Assembly (NCBI GenBank): GCA_000708835.1
Contig: DF236952.1
Coordinates: 186,001-250,000, forward strand
DNA length: 64,000 nt
Reading direction: 5' to 3'
From: Klebsormidium nitens
Lineage: Eukaryota > Plantae > Klebsormidiophyceae
The stretch's first letter is position 1. Every line of letters starts with the position of its first letter. The notes beneath the pieces are model-generated. The model saw only the letters and a program-made list of their open reading frames with translations, was not told the DNA's origin and made no database searches. Of the stretch, positions 33,584-46,437 are shown piece by piece. The position numbers were made by a program, and so were the translations under genes.

Positions 33584-36500
33584 ATGGGGGATGCAGAGGT
33601 CGACTGGGAGGTAAGCACTGCGGCCAGCTACTTGCAATGTCAAAATGATGCTTGTCTAGCTTGGCAGCGATTGAGCTCCTTGAGAGGTCATGGAGCACAC
33701 ACTACATGTCTCTTTCTCTCTGACTTGATTGGGAACATGCTGCATTAGGTGTGGCAGACCAACAGTTGAGGTGTGCTCAATGCCCTATTGACACTGCAGT
33801 CCCTTCGAATAATTCTGGTATAACGTATTTGCAAAGATGATCACGCTTAGAAATAGCATGGAAAGTATGAGAGAAGGCTGGTTCTTCAGCACAGGAGACT
33901 TTGAAAGTAAACTTAGGGTATTATGGGAGGCTAGTCTTAAATATGGCATATGGAGCATAACGGTGCTAATCTGATAGAGTTAGTGAGGTAGTTTGATATG
34001 TAACCATTGTTTAAAAGGCCTTTCAAACAGATAAGGTGAAGGACTCCACAAAGTGCACAGGGTCTATTGATTCAAAAGATTCTCCCCTTGCTGACTGGCA
34101 GGTTGTGGAAGAGGAACTCAGCCAACTGCCCGATGCATGGAAGCAAGCAAGGTCAGTCCTGAGCGGATGTCATGAACACGATTGCGCTGTTGATCAGACG
34201 TCCAGCTTTCAATTCTAAGATGCTGATTGCAGCAGCAATGCTGATTCAATGGTGGCTATCAGGGGGGCCAATTTATCCCTTGTATTCCCTGGAGCAGACA
34301 ATTCAGAGGCTAATCTGTTCGACATGGGGGGGTGCCAAATCAGGGGCAGTGTCTTTCACAATATGAGATATAGGGGCACTTGGGCCACAATTGGAGCACT
34401 TGCACTCTGCACCAGGGGAGGTGTTGTTGAGCAGCTGTCTGGGGAGTCATTTTCATGGTTCTGTGGGAGAATCAGGCTCTCATGTCGAGCTGAGAAGGTC
34501 AGCAAGTCCTGAAAAATAATGAACCTCACAGAGAAGGGACTGCATCAATCGCTTCTCCCCATGTGTCAACTGGCTTTTCAATAGCATGCCTAACCCTCTT
34601 GTTGCACAAGATGACGAAATCTCGGTTCCTTTCCGTTTTCTTGTTAATTGTTTCAGGCTCGGTCCACTGCCTATGCTTTTATTCTGCTACTATGGATCTC
34701 TTTCTCCCGCCTTGGCCCTCGGAATTGCGACTCGAACATCGTTAGAATTTGCACATAGTTCAAGCGGGGGTGGTTGCTGCCAGGGCAAGAGATAAGTCAT
34801 GTCAAGACCAGCTGTGATAAACGGATTCAGTGCGTATGGCCTGTATGGCTTGATTGTTGCTAAGGCCTCTAGTCTTTCTTCTTGATGCTGACGTCTGAAG
34901 TGCCCTTGCATCGGATGCAGTCTGACGTGAGCGGTTCCTTATGCATTCAAGGGTGCAAGCCTGGATGGCTCGCTGTCTCCAATGTTCTTGCTCGTTTTCC
35001 AAGTCCTTCACAATTTTTCTATGTATAAGATTACAGCTCATCTGGGGCTTATCTTCATACCAATGTACTCTGCTTTCCCAGACAGGAAGGCTCTTTTCCC
35101 AGACACCTACGTTTCCCTTCCTGTTTCCTGAAATATATTCGAAGTTGCCACCACTCTGAACACGGGGCAGTGTCTTTCACTGATGAGACCAAGGGGCACT
35201 TGGCCACAAGCGAAGCACTTGCATTCTGCCAGGGGACCCCGTTGTTGAGCAGCTGTCTGGGGAGTCCTTTCGAAAGGTCTCTGGACAGTTGCCCCTATCT
35301 ACAAGCGGACCGCAGACCCGCTTCGATGGCCGAAACGCTGTCACAGCCGTCCGATCTTCAGCTGATGAAGCCTGTCTGAGAGTGCAATCTAGGCTTTCGC
35401 TGTTAGCACGTAGGACCTGCCACGAAATAAGGACCTCTTGACAGAGCGATTTACGCCGTCCAATCCGTGAAGGTTAACAAGCTGGACGCTGGTGCCAGCA
35501 AGAGGCTTGTCCCCCAGCCATTTCTCAGATCTGCATTCAGCCAGTCTTGAGCTGCTTTGAGCTGAGAACTCCAACTTTGGCCCAGGTTCGACTCCCTCCC
35601 GCACGTGGTGGACGTCCTGACCGCGTCCGAGGGCGGCATTTTGGACGGCCTGCGCGAGCAGCGCGACGCGGTGGAGGAGCTCGTGGACGATGTCGTGCAG
35701 GGGTACCACAACGGGTTCAACCGCGCGATCCACAACTACTCCCAGGTGGGAATGCGCTCTTAGTTTGAAGATGCATGTGTTCAGGTGCCAGGTGGGACTG
35801 CGCTTTTGACGTCAGAAAACCTGTCTAGGTGCTCAGATGGTTGCGACGTCGATGATTTTGGTCACCTGACCTGGTTTGCATGAAAGAGACGGCATATCTG
35901 CCACTTTCCACGAGTCAAACAAACATCTGACAGACTTTACGCCCCAGATCTCTGGCCCTATATGATTTTTATGCCACTTGTTTTTCAGATTAGATATCGT
36001 GATTTCCAAAGGGAGGGTGAGCTTGGATGCACGGAACGACCTAGGCATGGCAGCTTATGTGACGTTCTATGTTCCATCTGGGCGAAGAAGTCAGTGCTAC
36101 TATTTTGAATTCATCCTCAAAGTCGTCTACTGACACACGCTTTCCCCGGCCCCCCAGACCCTGCGGCTCTTCAGCGAGAGCGCTTCCAAAACGGGGGCCC
36201 TCAAGACGACTCTGGGCGAAGCGCGGCGATTAATGCGACGACCAAATTCTAATCTTCTGATTCCAAACTTAATTTTCAACGCCAATATCCTCTAACGACC
36301 CTCACTTCCTCTCCGCCGTTTGCAGATCCTGCAACTCTTCAGCGAAAGCGCATCAGAACTGGCGAGCCTGAAGACAAAGCTGGGCGAGGCGCGGCAATAA
36401 ATGCGACGACCAAATTCTAATCTTCTGATTCCAAAATCAACTTTCATCGCCAATGTCCTCTAACGACCCTCACTTCCTCTCCGCCGTTTCCAGATCCTGC

Positions 36501-39500
36501 AACTCTTCAGCGAAAGCGCATCAGAACTGGCGAGCCTGAAGACAAAGCTGGGCGGGCACGGCGGTTGATGTAATGGCCATTGTGTAATCTTTCGTTACCA
36601 AACTCGAGATCCATCTGCAATATCTTGAATGACCCACAGTTTCCTTCCCGGCATTTCAGATTCTACGGCTCTTCAGCGAGAGCACGTCCAAGAGGGCGGG
36701 CCTGAAAACGACCCAGGCGAGGCGCGGCGGCTTCTCTAAAAGTCATGATGTCACGCTGGCAACTCATACAAAACCCTTTATCTATTCTGCTGATATTTTG
36801 TATCCCCTCCCGCTTCAGATCCTGCGGCTGTTCAGTGAGAGCGCATCAAAGATGGCGGGCCTCAAGACGAACCTGGGGGAGGCGCGGCGGCTGCTGGCGG
36901 CGCGGCACAAGGCGCTCCAACAGCAGTGGTATCGCAGCATCACCCTACGTCACGTGCTGCAACTGCTGGACCAGATTGACAGCGTCGCAAAAGTCCCTGC
37001 GCGCATCGAGCGGCTGATGCTCGAGCGGAAGTACTACGCGGCGACGCAGCTGTTGTTGCACTCGAGCAGCATGTTGGAGCGGGAGGGGATCCAGGGGGTG
37101 AGTTCCAGCAGCGTTTGCTCCCCCCCTGAAAGAGTCCAAATCCCCGTGATCAGAATAAAAGGTTGTCTTCTTTGAATTCGGTCGACAGAATTGTTGAAAA
37201 GCACCACCATTCAGAAGAAGTACTATGCAGCGACGGACTCTTTACTGCACACGAGCAGCATGCTGAAGTGGGAAGGCTTTAAGGAGGTGAGTCAAAGAGC
37301 TTCATTTCGTCAGCGGCCCACACAAAGGTTATAGTAGCCTAAGCCGCATCCGTCGTTTCGTTTCCATCACGTCCTATTGTGTTCATCACTGTACAGTGAG
37401 CCGCAACATCATTTTTAGGGGGAAGGGACTAGGCTCTCGTTGAGGAAAGAGCCCTACACATGAAGGCCGCATCAGAAGATGTATCTTGAGTAAATCTGGA
37501 TAAGTTGTGTCCGGTAGATGCATTCGATCTACATCCTATTCAATGCCCGAGCCTCGGACCGTGGACTATCAAGTGTCAAACATCCATGCTGTTCCGTCAA
37601 GGTTGAGAGGTTGACACTGTTACCCCGTTGCCTGTGTGCCAGGTGGGTGGCCTGCGGGATGTGCGCTCGGATATGCAGCGACTGCGGCAGGGCCTCTTCA
37701 CCAAGGTCATGGAAGAGTTGCATCTGCACATCTACAATCAAGGCACCTACAGGTAACGCACGCTGCTCTTTACTGAAAATGGTGATCTGCAGAGGACGGG
37801 CGTGAGGAGTGTAAATCCGGGCTTTAGCCTTCAGGACATACTGGATCTCGTTGACCTCTAAAACGTTGTTTTTCTGATAAGTAAGCCTCTTCGCAGCCAC
37901 TTTGCAACACTTATTCTGGTTCGTGATCGGGAGCAAAGGGGCAGGATGCATCAGCCTCGATGAAAGAGAACCAGAGACCAGGACCAGAGAATGAAATATC
38001 GTTTGGCGCTTTGAAGGGCACTTCCGACCGTGAGACAAGGCACTCACTGCTACAATTCATTCCGAGCAACCTGCCAGTTTTAGATAGTAACGGAAGCCTC
38101 GAAGACAATTGACAATTCTTATCGCCACATGTGTTGCAGTCTTGATCAACCTCGTCGTCTCACTTCGAGGCTTCCCGCATCTTTTCAAACCGGCAGGTTA
38201 CTCGAAACGAGCTGTTAACAAGCCTTGTTTCTTTAGTTTCACAAGAACAAAGTCAAAAGCTCATTACTTTTTTTTTGCAGCCTGGCCTCCACGCGCATCG
38301 CCGACAAGGATGACGACGCACGTCCCGGGCAGAAGCGGTCGGTGAGGAAGAAGGGCAGCCCGTTCTCGCCCCTGCGCCTGGTGGGCTCCACCGACGACGT
38401 GCGCCTGCGCCTGGGGGGAACCCCCGACCGGAACGGGCGGCCTAGGGGGGACGACCACGAGTAAGTGTTTCGGACGCTTGTTAGGACGTCTTGCCTTCCT
38501 GCTTTCGGGCTGCTAAGACGGCTGTGCGTATAAGTGAGAAGCAATCACGAGTTGACGGTTGGGAATACATGAAATGTTCGGGAACCTACTAGCATATGCC
38601 GTCTTTCATGAGATGCGTAGCTTAGGGGAACTGGTTTGCATGGGCTTGATAAAGTCCAACAGCACCTTGCTTTTCTGCAGTGAGGTACGTACCTTTCGAT
38701 GTATCCCGCCCGATGTCCACTACAGCGCTTACTAAGGTTCACCCTATCGTCCTTATGTTCATGTAGTTTTGTTTTTGTCTTCTGGATAAAATAAAATTTA
38801 AAGAGCTGGAACCAGGTTACTTTTGAAAATGAGACGACCCAAACATTCTCTAAGCAACCTTGGTCTTTTCCGCCGCAGTGGGGCCATGAGCGAGGACGGG
38901 TCTATTTCCGGAAGCATCATTGCCAGTGTGACCGGAAGCGACATCGCGAGCCTTCCGAGCAGTATCTTGCGCAAGAGCAGCAGCCAGGCGCGGCAGCAGT
39001 CGGGGCAGCTGCCGATCTGGCTCACAGACGCAACGCCAAACGAGTTCACGGTTAGTATTCAAGTCTCCGAACTGGGTTTCAGGCGCAACGCCAGACGACT
39101 TCATGGTGAGTGTTTGACTTCCTGAAATGGGTCACAGACGCCACATCAACGGGTTGATTGCTATTGACTTTTCTGTTTAGGAGATTGGTTCGTAGATTGG
39201 CTGAGGATGTTTAGGCTTCCTTCTTGCATCTTTCAAGCTCCCGTTCTGGCTCACTCACCAAACACCGAACAAGTTTACGGTTGGTACTTTGACTTTTCTG
39301 TACAGGAGGTCGATTCCACTGGCGGCGAAAATTTGAAAAGCTTCCCTTTTGCATTTTCTCAAGCTTCCGTTCTGGCTCCCGGACGCCACAAAAACCAAGC
39401 TTACGGTTGGCTTCCAATCCCCTAAAAGGGAGGCAGAGTTTCAGAGTCGGCTGTGACTTGTAGGCTTCCCTCTTGCACCTCTCAGCCAACTTTGTGAGAT

Positions 39501-42500
39501 ACCGCACCCGTCCGGCCATGCTCCAAGGAGTGCAGACGGAGCCTTGACCTAGTTTCTGTGATCACCATTTTGTTCCCACGCAAGGTTTCATTTGCCTCGC
39601 AACCTCTGCAACACGCTTGAAGTCTTCTTCACATGAAAACTCTTGACACAAACATTTGTGCAGGACTCCATCACACGGGCCGACAGCCACGACAGTGTCA
39701 AGTACCTGCAGACCCTGGTCGAGTGCCTGGCCCTCCTGGGCAAGCTGGCCGCCGCCGGCTCCTCCCTCGCGCAGCGCCTGCGCCGCACGCTGCGCGAGCT
39801 CATCGCTGACGTCATCAAGGCGCGCGCCCAAGCCGCCGAGCGCGCGCGCCCGCGCGTCGACTCCATCCCCAAGACCTCCGCCGGGGGATCCCCCATGACG
39901 TTCAGCGGCGCCTCCTCCCATGGTACCAAAATGGTCGCGCACAGCCCCCGGGGGGGCTTCGCGGGGGGCCGGATCGGGGTGACGTCAGCGGGGATGACAT
40001 CAGCGGCGGGGGGTGGCCCGACAGGTCCGGCGTCGGTGGCTGCACAGCAGCTCCTGGAGGAGGTTTTCGGGGTTTGCGTCGGGGCGCTCGAGAACCATCG
40101 GCTGGTGCACACGTTCATGCAAATGAGGGGGGCGGAGGACCAGAGCGCGCGCCAGGTGTTGTCACCCCCCCGGGACGAAAATTCTGGCGATGGGTTCAAA
40201 GCAGGGGGCGGCGAGCTGGCGCCGTACAACCTGGCGGTCGCCTGGAGCTGCGTCCAGTCAGAATGCCAAGCACTGGTTTGCGAGGTTTTGAGGGCGACCC
40301 CGGCGGGGGTTAGCGCTGACCCGACCGGGTTAGGCGAGGGGGTTAAGGAGGGAGAGAAGAAAGCGGGGGCGCCCGGGGGCGCCGCTGCGAAAGAGGCAGA
40401 AGGGGCGTTGGAAGGGGAGGACGAGGAGTTGGCGTTTGCGTTCCGGTTCACGGACTTGGGGTCAGCTTTACCAGGTAGGGAGCCCGGCTTCTGAAACCAT
40501 CACAGGAAAAGCTTTACTGCACCACTGTGAAAATGGCTTGCAGGACGAGATTCTGGAATCGGGATTCTCAGCAAGGTTGTAAAAGCAGGCATGTTCGCAC
40601 ATCCAACTTTCGCTCGCTCTCGTTTGTGCACTGAGCCCTGCTCAGAGGAGGAAGTGTAGCTGAAAAGAAGCGGGCATCTGATTCTGTCCAAGAGCGAAAA
40701 CGCCTGGTGTCGCTGTGAGCCGGCAATCTGTTGGTTCCATTCGAGGTATCGTCGACCACTCCCTGACTGAGCGACTTGCGCAGTCTCCGTTATATTTGTT
40801 CTTGAACAGTCCATTGTTAAGACCATTGAAGCCTGGCGAAGCACGCCCGATTTGTCCGACAGGGGGCCAACGTGCCTAGCTCGCTCAATCGGTTTACAGC
40901 CCCTCTTTCCAGCATTGTTTCCCCGCTCTCAAGCACAAGATTCCGAAGCAAGGAGCCATTTCAATAGAACGGAAGCTTCCTTCGTCCGCAGATTTCTGAG
41001 ACAGATTCGTCGAGTTTGGTGTGCTGTTCCGTACGTCCCTACCCTCGTTGTTAAAAGCGTTGCGCTCTCGAGTCCGAAAGCATGATCAAAGGCTACTCTT
41101 GAAGAACTCAAATTCTTGACTTGCGGGTTCCGATACTGCTTGGCTCGCTAATGTGCGACTCTCGTTCAAACCATTCAGCAGAAAGCTTTGTGCCTCCAGA
41201 TTCATGCAAGTGACCACTTTTAAAGCGTGGAAAATTGCTTAACCCGCAGGTTCCGAAACGGGTTCGTCGACCTTAGTGCTTGGCTCGCTTACTCGTCTTC
41301 TCCTTCAATCCATTTCAGCAGAAAGCTTCGTGCGTCCAAGTGCCGACTTCATGCAACTACTCACCTCCAACGCCGGGAAACTTCCTTAACCCGCAGGTTC
41401 CGAAACGGGTTCGTCAACCTTGGTGCGCGGCGGCGACGGCGCTCTGCAAAGTCGCAGCCGGCGCGCTTCCGCCACGGGCCAGGAAACGTATGAGACGGAA
41501 CTGGTGCTGCCGGAACGGGGCGTCTACCTGGCGGCCGCCGTCTACCGGCCCGTCGTGCAGTTCACGGATAAGGCCGCGCAGATCGTCAAGGATGCGGCAC
41601 TCAAGCAGGGGTGAGCTTCAAAACTTTCATGTCTTGCGCGGCAGGCATGTGTGAGGAACCATCCGGGGCAAGAAGAATCGGCGACAAGCTGACGCTTGTC
41701 ACCCCGGTTTTTGTCCTGCTCGGGCTTGCGGACAAGAAGTAATCTTAGTGCAATCTAGAGATATAAAATCTGCGGGGCTACAGTACTTACCTCTCACATG
41801 AGTCTTGAGACAGGAAAGGCGGTCTGGGGTGACCCGTTTTCGACTTCTTTTATGAAAGCATTCTAGAGCTGGTTTAAGCGTCCGGGCACAGCGTCACATT
41901 TGATTCCTAAAGCACGCGCCTCTTAAATAACGTCACTCCTGCGCTTGACATGCGGGCCCAGTGCCGGATGCTGCCCCACATTCTGTGGAGCAGAGCGGGA
42001 GAGAGGGTCGATTGCCGCAGTTCGTTTTTGATGCAAAAACAGTCGAAGGGCAGGGTACCAACGTCACGACGGAAGTAGTCACGGTTTGGACGTGGAGGTT
42101 GCCTCTTCGGCCGCTCCGAAGCGCACATTGTATTGGCTTTTGACCTTCGAGCAATACCCCTTCAAATTCAACCATTTTCTGAACCCCCGTTTGCCCCTTA
42201 CAGCGGCGGCGAGGCCCTTCGCGCCTGGATGGAGAAGTACATCGCCAATGCCTTCTTGCCACGTGTCCAGAATGACTACCGAGGGCGCATCGCTGACGCC
42301 CTCAGCAGCCCGGCCGCGTTCAAGCCCCGGGGCCGGACGTCCGAAACTTATGATCGGACGGTCGAGAAGGGGCGGCCGGTGCTTCAGGTAGGCCTGTGCG
42401 CCCCCTCAATTCACGGAAAATCGTTTCGAAGCTAAGCAAATTCCAGGCGTACAGGAAGGTTGCAGTTGTGGGCATCAGCTGACAGATGGACTCTGTAGGT

Positions 42501-45500
42501 CTTTCGTCAGCTGATCAATCAGAAGGATCGTACTTGTCCGTCTGCTTTGGCAATCCGCAACGATCCGACGTTGCGAGCAATTTGACCAATTTGCCCCCTC
42601 ACCAACACCTTTAAGGAGGTACGAACAGTACCTTCACCCAACCAGAACTAAGACACGAGAAAGAAACAGTCTCNNNNNNNNNNNNNNNNNNNNNNNNNNN
42701 NNNNNNNNNNNNNNNNNNNNNNNNNNNNNNNNNNNNNNNNNNNNNNNNNNNNNNNNNNNNNNNNNNNNNNNNNNNNNNNNNNNNNNNNNNNNNNNNNNNN
42801 NNNNNNNNNNNNNNNNNNNNNNNNNNNNNNNNNNNNNNNNNNNNNNNNNNNNNNNNNNNNNCCAACCACGAACTAAGACACGAGAAGAAACAGTCTCATT
42901 GCTTACGTGCAGGGGGGACTTGCGGCGGAATCGTTGGTGCTGGAAGTCCTGGCGTGGGCGCAGGCGCTGCCGCTGTTTGCGGGGCAGCTGGTCGGGGTCG
43001 TGCAGGCGATGCTGGAGCGACTGCTGGAGCGGTGCCGCGCGGCCTACACTGAGGTAAACGCACATTATAGGGTTTTGGAGTTTTGTTTTTGGGTTTCAGG
43101 GTCTCGGGGTATCTGAAGGGATTGTGCAGGCGATGCTCGAGCGGCTGCTGGAGCGGTGCCGCGCGGCCTACACTGGGGTAAGAGGAGCTGCTTACGAAAT
43201 TTGGGGAGGTGGGTTCAAAGCTGTAGGTGTTTAGGGTCTCGGTTGGGGTCATCTGATGTTCGATCTGCAGTCCTTGCGTCTCTTGGTTAGAGCTGCAGAA
43301 TTTGGAGGAGGTTGGTGAAGACTGTGCACTGAGAGTGTTTTTGGTCTCAGTCAAAGCGTTCAGTAAAACCGTTGTGGCCTCTTACCAACGTCAGTCGGCA
43401 ATGTCCCTTCGTTCTCTGACAAATACTGTCCCGTGTTTCTCTGACCTCATCCCTTGACGTCACTTTTCCAGGCGGTTCTGGGCAGCCTGAGCAGCGCGCT
43501 AGCGGCCCGCTTCGACTTCGAGAACCTGCAGAAGCGAGAAACGGCGTTCATGGCGCTTTTTGCGGAGCCAGCTGGCGGCGCGGGCCAGCTCCACGTGGCA
43601 GAACTAGAGGGGCGGGAGGAGGAGGCGGAGGCGCTCGAGGAGGAGATGTTCCATCTGATTGAGGGGCAGCAGCCAATCAAGTCGGAGCACCTCATCATGG
43701 ACTTTTCCAAGGTACCGTACCACCGCTGACGACCCGTATGCGATTCGGAAGCTTTCAAAACATTTGTTACTTCTGCGAGATGAATGGCCAAGTTCGTTCA
43801 TACATTTTGCACGCTGGATCGAGGTTGGAGGGGGGTCGAGAAGTGCTTGATGGAAGAGTACCGACTCCGATCTGCTCAGCTCAGAGTTCATCCACGATAT
43901 AGTGGATGGAATGTGATAAGTAACCTACGACTTATTTGGCAAATATTTGTCGGCCCTTTTGAAAGAAGGGGGCTGTATGCACTCGATGGCTTGGCCTTAG
44001 ACAATTCGAAAGATAATTGACGCACCTCCTTGCCGGAATGCATCGGCGTTTGCTGTTTGCCAGGGACTGGTTGGCATCCTTCGTCACGCTCAAAACTGGC
44101 AACTGGTGTGACAATAGAAACTCCCTCTAAGAGCACCAGTGACCAAAATAGGGTGTCGTTTATACCCCCGCTAAGACCGGTTCCAACATGGGCAAATAAT
44201 TCACAATTAGACATAAATCATCTCAATCTAAACCATTGATCAAGACGCTTTTTCCTTACCCCTCTCCAGGTGGTCCTCCTCGCCGCCCTCAGCGACAGCC
44301 TCGATTGGCTGGGTGACGTCATCTCCCAGCTCGGCAGCGGCGGCATGACGTCGTCATCCTCCGTGGTCAGCCCCGTGACTAGCCCCCTGCAGGAGCGCGA
44401 GCGCGCGCGCGCGCGCCGGCCGCCGCCGCTGAGCGCGCAGCACCGGCGGGGGAGCAGCCAGACCCTGACGTCAGGGCTGGCAATCCTGGCGGACAAGTTC
44501 CACAATCTGTCCGTGGAGTTCATTCGGACGCTCCGCCTGGAGATGCAGCTGCAGACGGCGTACCACTTCCAGGTGAGCGCATGTGTGCCACGTGGGCTGT
44601 GTTCATTAGGCGGCCTTGCTGAGAAATAAGCGTTTGCGCAGGTTTTCGCTTCAGTCTGATTAGCCAAACGATCTCGACCAATTGTTTTTTGAGTGGTTTG
44701 CACTGGGGCTGTAGACCAGTTGTTTGCAGCAGCACGAGTAGGTTGGGTAAAGAGGCGACGAGGTCGTAGTAGTTGCTTTTCTCGCAACTTAATTCCTTGG
44801 ATTGGTGTTCAGCCGGAGCCGGAAAACTTGGAACATCGTGGCTGTGCTTCGAAGAAAAGTGTGCAATCAGCATAGAAAGGAGTCACTTACGCAAGACAAC
44901 ACTAGTCTCTTTGGGACCATTGTTGCAAGGTGGCCTATCTTTCCGACACCAGTAGCGTCAAGCACGGGGGCCACGAACACATGCTTCGCAGTTGGATGTA
45001 GTTGACGTGCGCTTCGATCGTGAAGTTCGATCATGACGAAGGACAATACACGCAAACGTGGCCAGTCTTGACGTAGGCCATGATGTCAGTCCATCTTCTT
45101 GACAGCAAAATAAAGCGAAGCACTGACCCCGCTATAGAGCGTATGCTGCTCGTACCATCGCTGATGATTCTGTGCCCATCACTTATGCATCCCGCGCCGT
45201 TCTTTTATGCAGGACATGACGGACCGGTCGTACGTGTGCGACGTCGAGCCCGAAGAACCGGACGAGTACGTGCTATCGCTTACGACGCAAATGTCCCGCC
45301 TCGACGACGAGGTGTCGTCTTATGTGCCCCCCGTGCGGCGGAGCTATGCGTTTGGGGGGGTCTGCGGAATTGCGGCGCGGTGCGCGATCGCCAACCTGGG
45401 GCGGATGAAGGCTATCAACCACCTGGGCGTGCGGCAGGTGAGAAGGCTTGACTTTGTTGCCAGGGAGTCTCCGTTTTCGAAGATCGACTGGCGGTTGGAC

Positions 45501-46437
45501 GTAGGTTTTGCCATTATCTTGGCCTGGTAGCGTTGCCGTTCTGGTTGTAGAACAGTAGTATGGTCAGAAACCTTAAGGCGGACGGGCACCGGTGAAAAGG
45601 TCTTGCGGAACGACAAGGCTATCCCAGTCTGTGTGCTCGTCTCGTTTCTCTTTTCACAATGTTGTTGGGCTTTAGGTGAAGATACGAAAAAGTGACCGGA
45701 CCTGCTGATCTGCAGATAGAACTGTCTGTTTTGATTAAGAGTCCCGTTCCACTGCATCAAGGTGCCGTTTTCGGCTCTTTCAGCGAAAGCGAAGATCACG
45801 TCTGGACCAATGTGAGCCCTTTTTGTTGTTCCATGCTTCTTCAGCTGCTCATCTTGAAATCTGAGCGAATGGCTTGGTTCATTTCCTCCGCTAACACAAG
45901 CAGCACTTTTCTCTCGGTGTTGAGAGGATTGAAAGGATCCTTACGGCCTCCGTTACATACAGCTGTTTGCGTTAAATCTGCCCATCGGGTTCCAAACCCT
46001 CCGAGCTTGGTGTCTGATCTTGAACCGGCCGATGCCTTCCTTGTTGTCGATCAAGCGGTTTAAAATTAGGAACCATGTTTCCTGTTGGCAGGTGTGACGC
46101 AAAAAGCTGTATCTGCAAATGGTCCCAGTTTCTAACCAGGTGATAATGTCCCTTTTTGCAGGTTGCACGTGATTGCATCGCTCTGCAACAAACGCTCGCC
46201 AACCTGGGCACCGGCGGAGATTACGCCTCCCTGCAAAGGGCGCAGGCAAAGTTCGACCGTGTGCGGCAGTATTATGAGCTTCTCACCATACCGGTCGAGT
46301 CGTTGATCGCCTTTGCACAAGATCACCCGGGAGCGTACAGCCCCGAGGAGTTCCGGAAACTGCTCATGGTTCAGGTTCCGGGACGGGAGGTGCCGACCGA
46401 TGCGATGCACAAGCTTGTGAGGACGTTCGCCAGATGA
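33584..46437 (+). CDS. SEC8: Exocyst complex component SEC8 (EXOC4)
   Basis: Exons 33584..33610, 34102..34151, 35586..35745, 36819..37097, 37643..37752, 38281..38460, 38879..39050, 39664..40474, 41397..41610, 42204..42387, 42913..43053, 43472..43711, 44270..44572, 45213..45437 and 46162..46437. N-terminus W..ARFDSLPHVV..YHNGFNRAIHNYSQILRLFSES..WYRSITLRHV; C-terminus IALQQ..DRVRQYYELL..VPGRE. Confidence 0.94.
34343..35271 (+). repeat. Dispersed direct repeat (about 110 bp, 2 copies) in SEC8 intron 2
   Basis: ggggcagtgtctttcac..ggggcacttgg..gcacttgca..gttgttgagcagctgtctggggagtc at 34343..34454 and 35164..35271. Confidence 0.8.
36150..36900 (+). repeat. Tandem array (about 166 bp, 5 copies) of SEC8 acceptor + exon head
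   Basis: cag|ATCCTGC..CT.TTCAG.GA.AGCGC..AAGAC...CTGGG.GA.GCGCGGC starting at 36158, 36326, 36494, 36660 and 36819 (true exon). Confidence 0.93.
39150..39490. repeat. Degenerate tandem repeat (about 130 bp, about 2.7 copies) in a SEC8 intron
   Basis: Recurring gacttttctgt, gcttcc.t.ttgca, caagct.ccgttctggctc and ttacggttgg blocks. Confidence 0.7.
42674..42861. other. Assembly gap (N run) flanked by a duplicated 35-nt sequence
   Basis: ccaacca(c)gaactaagacacgagaa(a)gaaacagtctc occurs on both sides of the N run. Confidence 0.95.

Noticed and set aside
35581-35602. tRNA T-loop-like GGTTCGACTCCC
   Set aside because: It is the SEC8 acceptor plus the codons for FDSLP; there is no cloverleaf.
36150-36900. 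Repeat-spacer-like arrays as CRISPR
   Set aside because: Units are 74-170 bp, derive from host splice junctions, the 'spacers' are homologous to each other, and there are no cas genes.
39588-40451. Long antisense or off-frame ORFs over GC-rich exons (also 22437..23240, 29750..30428)
   Set aside because: Expected by-product of high GC3; the sense strand fully explains them and they show no domain.
42639-42897. Direct repeat around the N gap as a target-site duplication or LTR
   Set aside because: Typical of unmerged contig ends; cannot be interpreted without reads.
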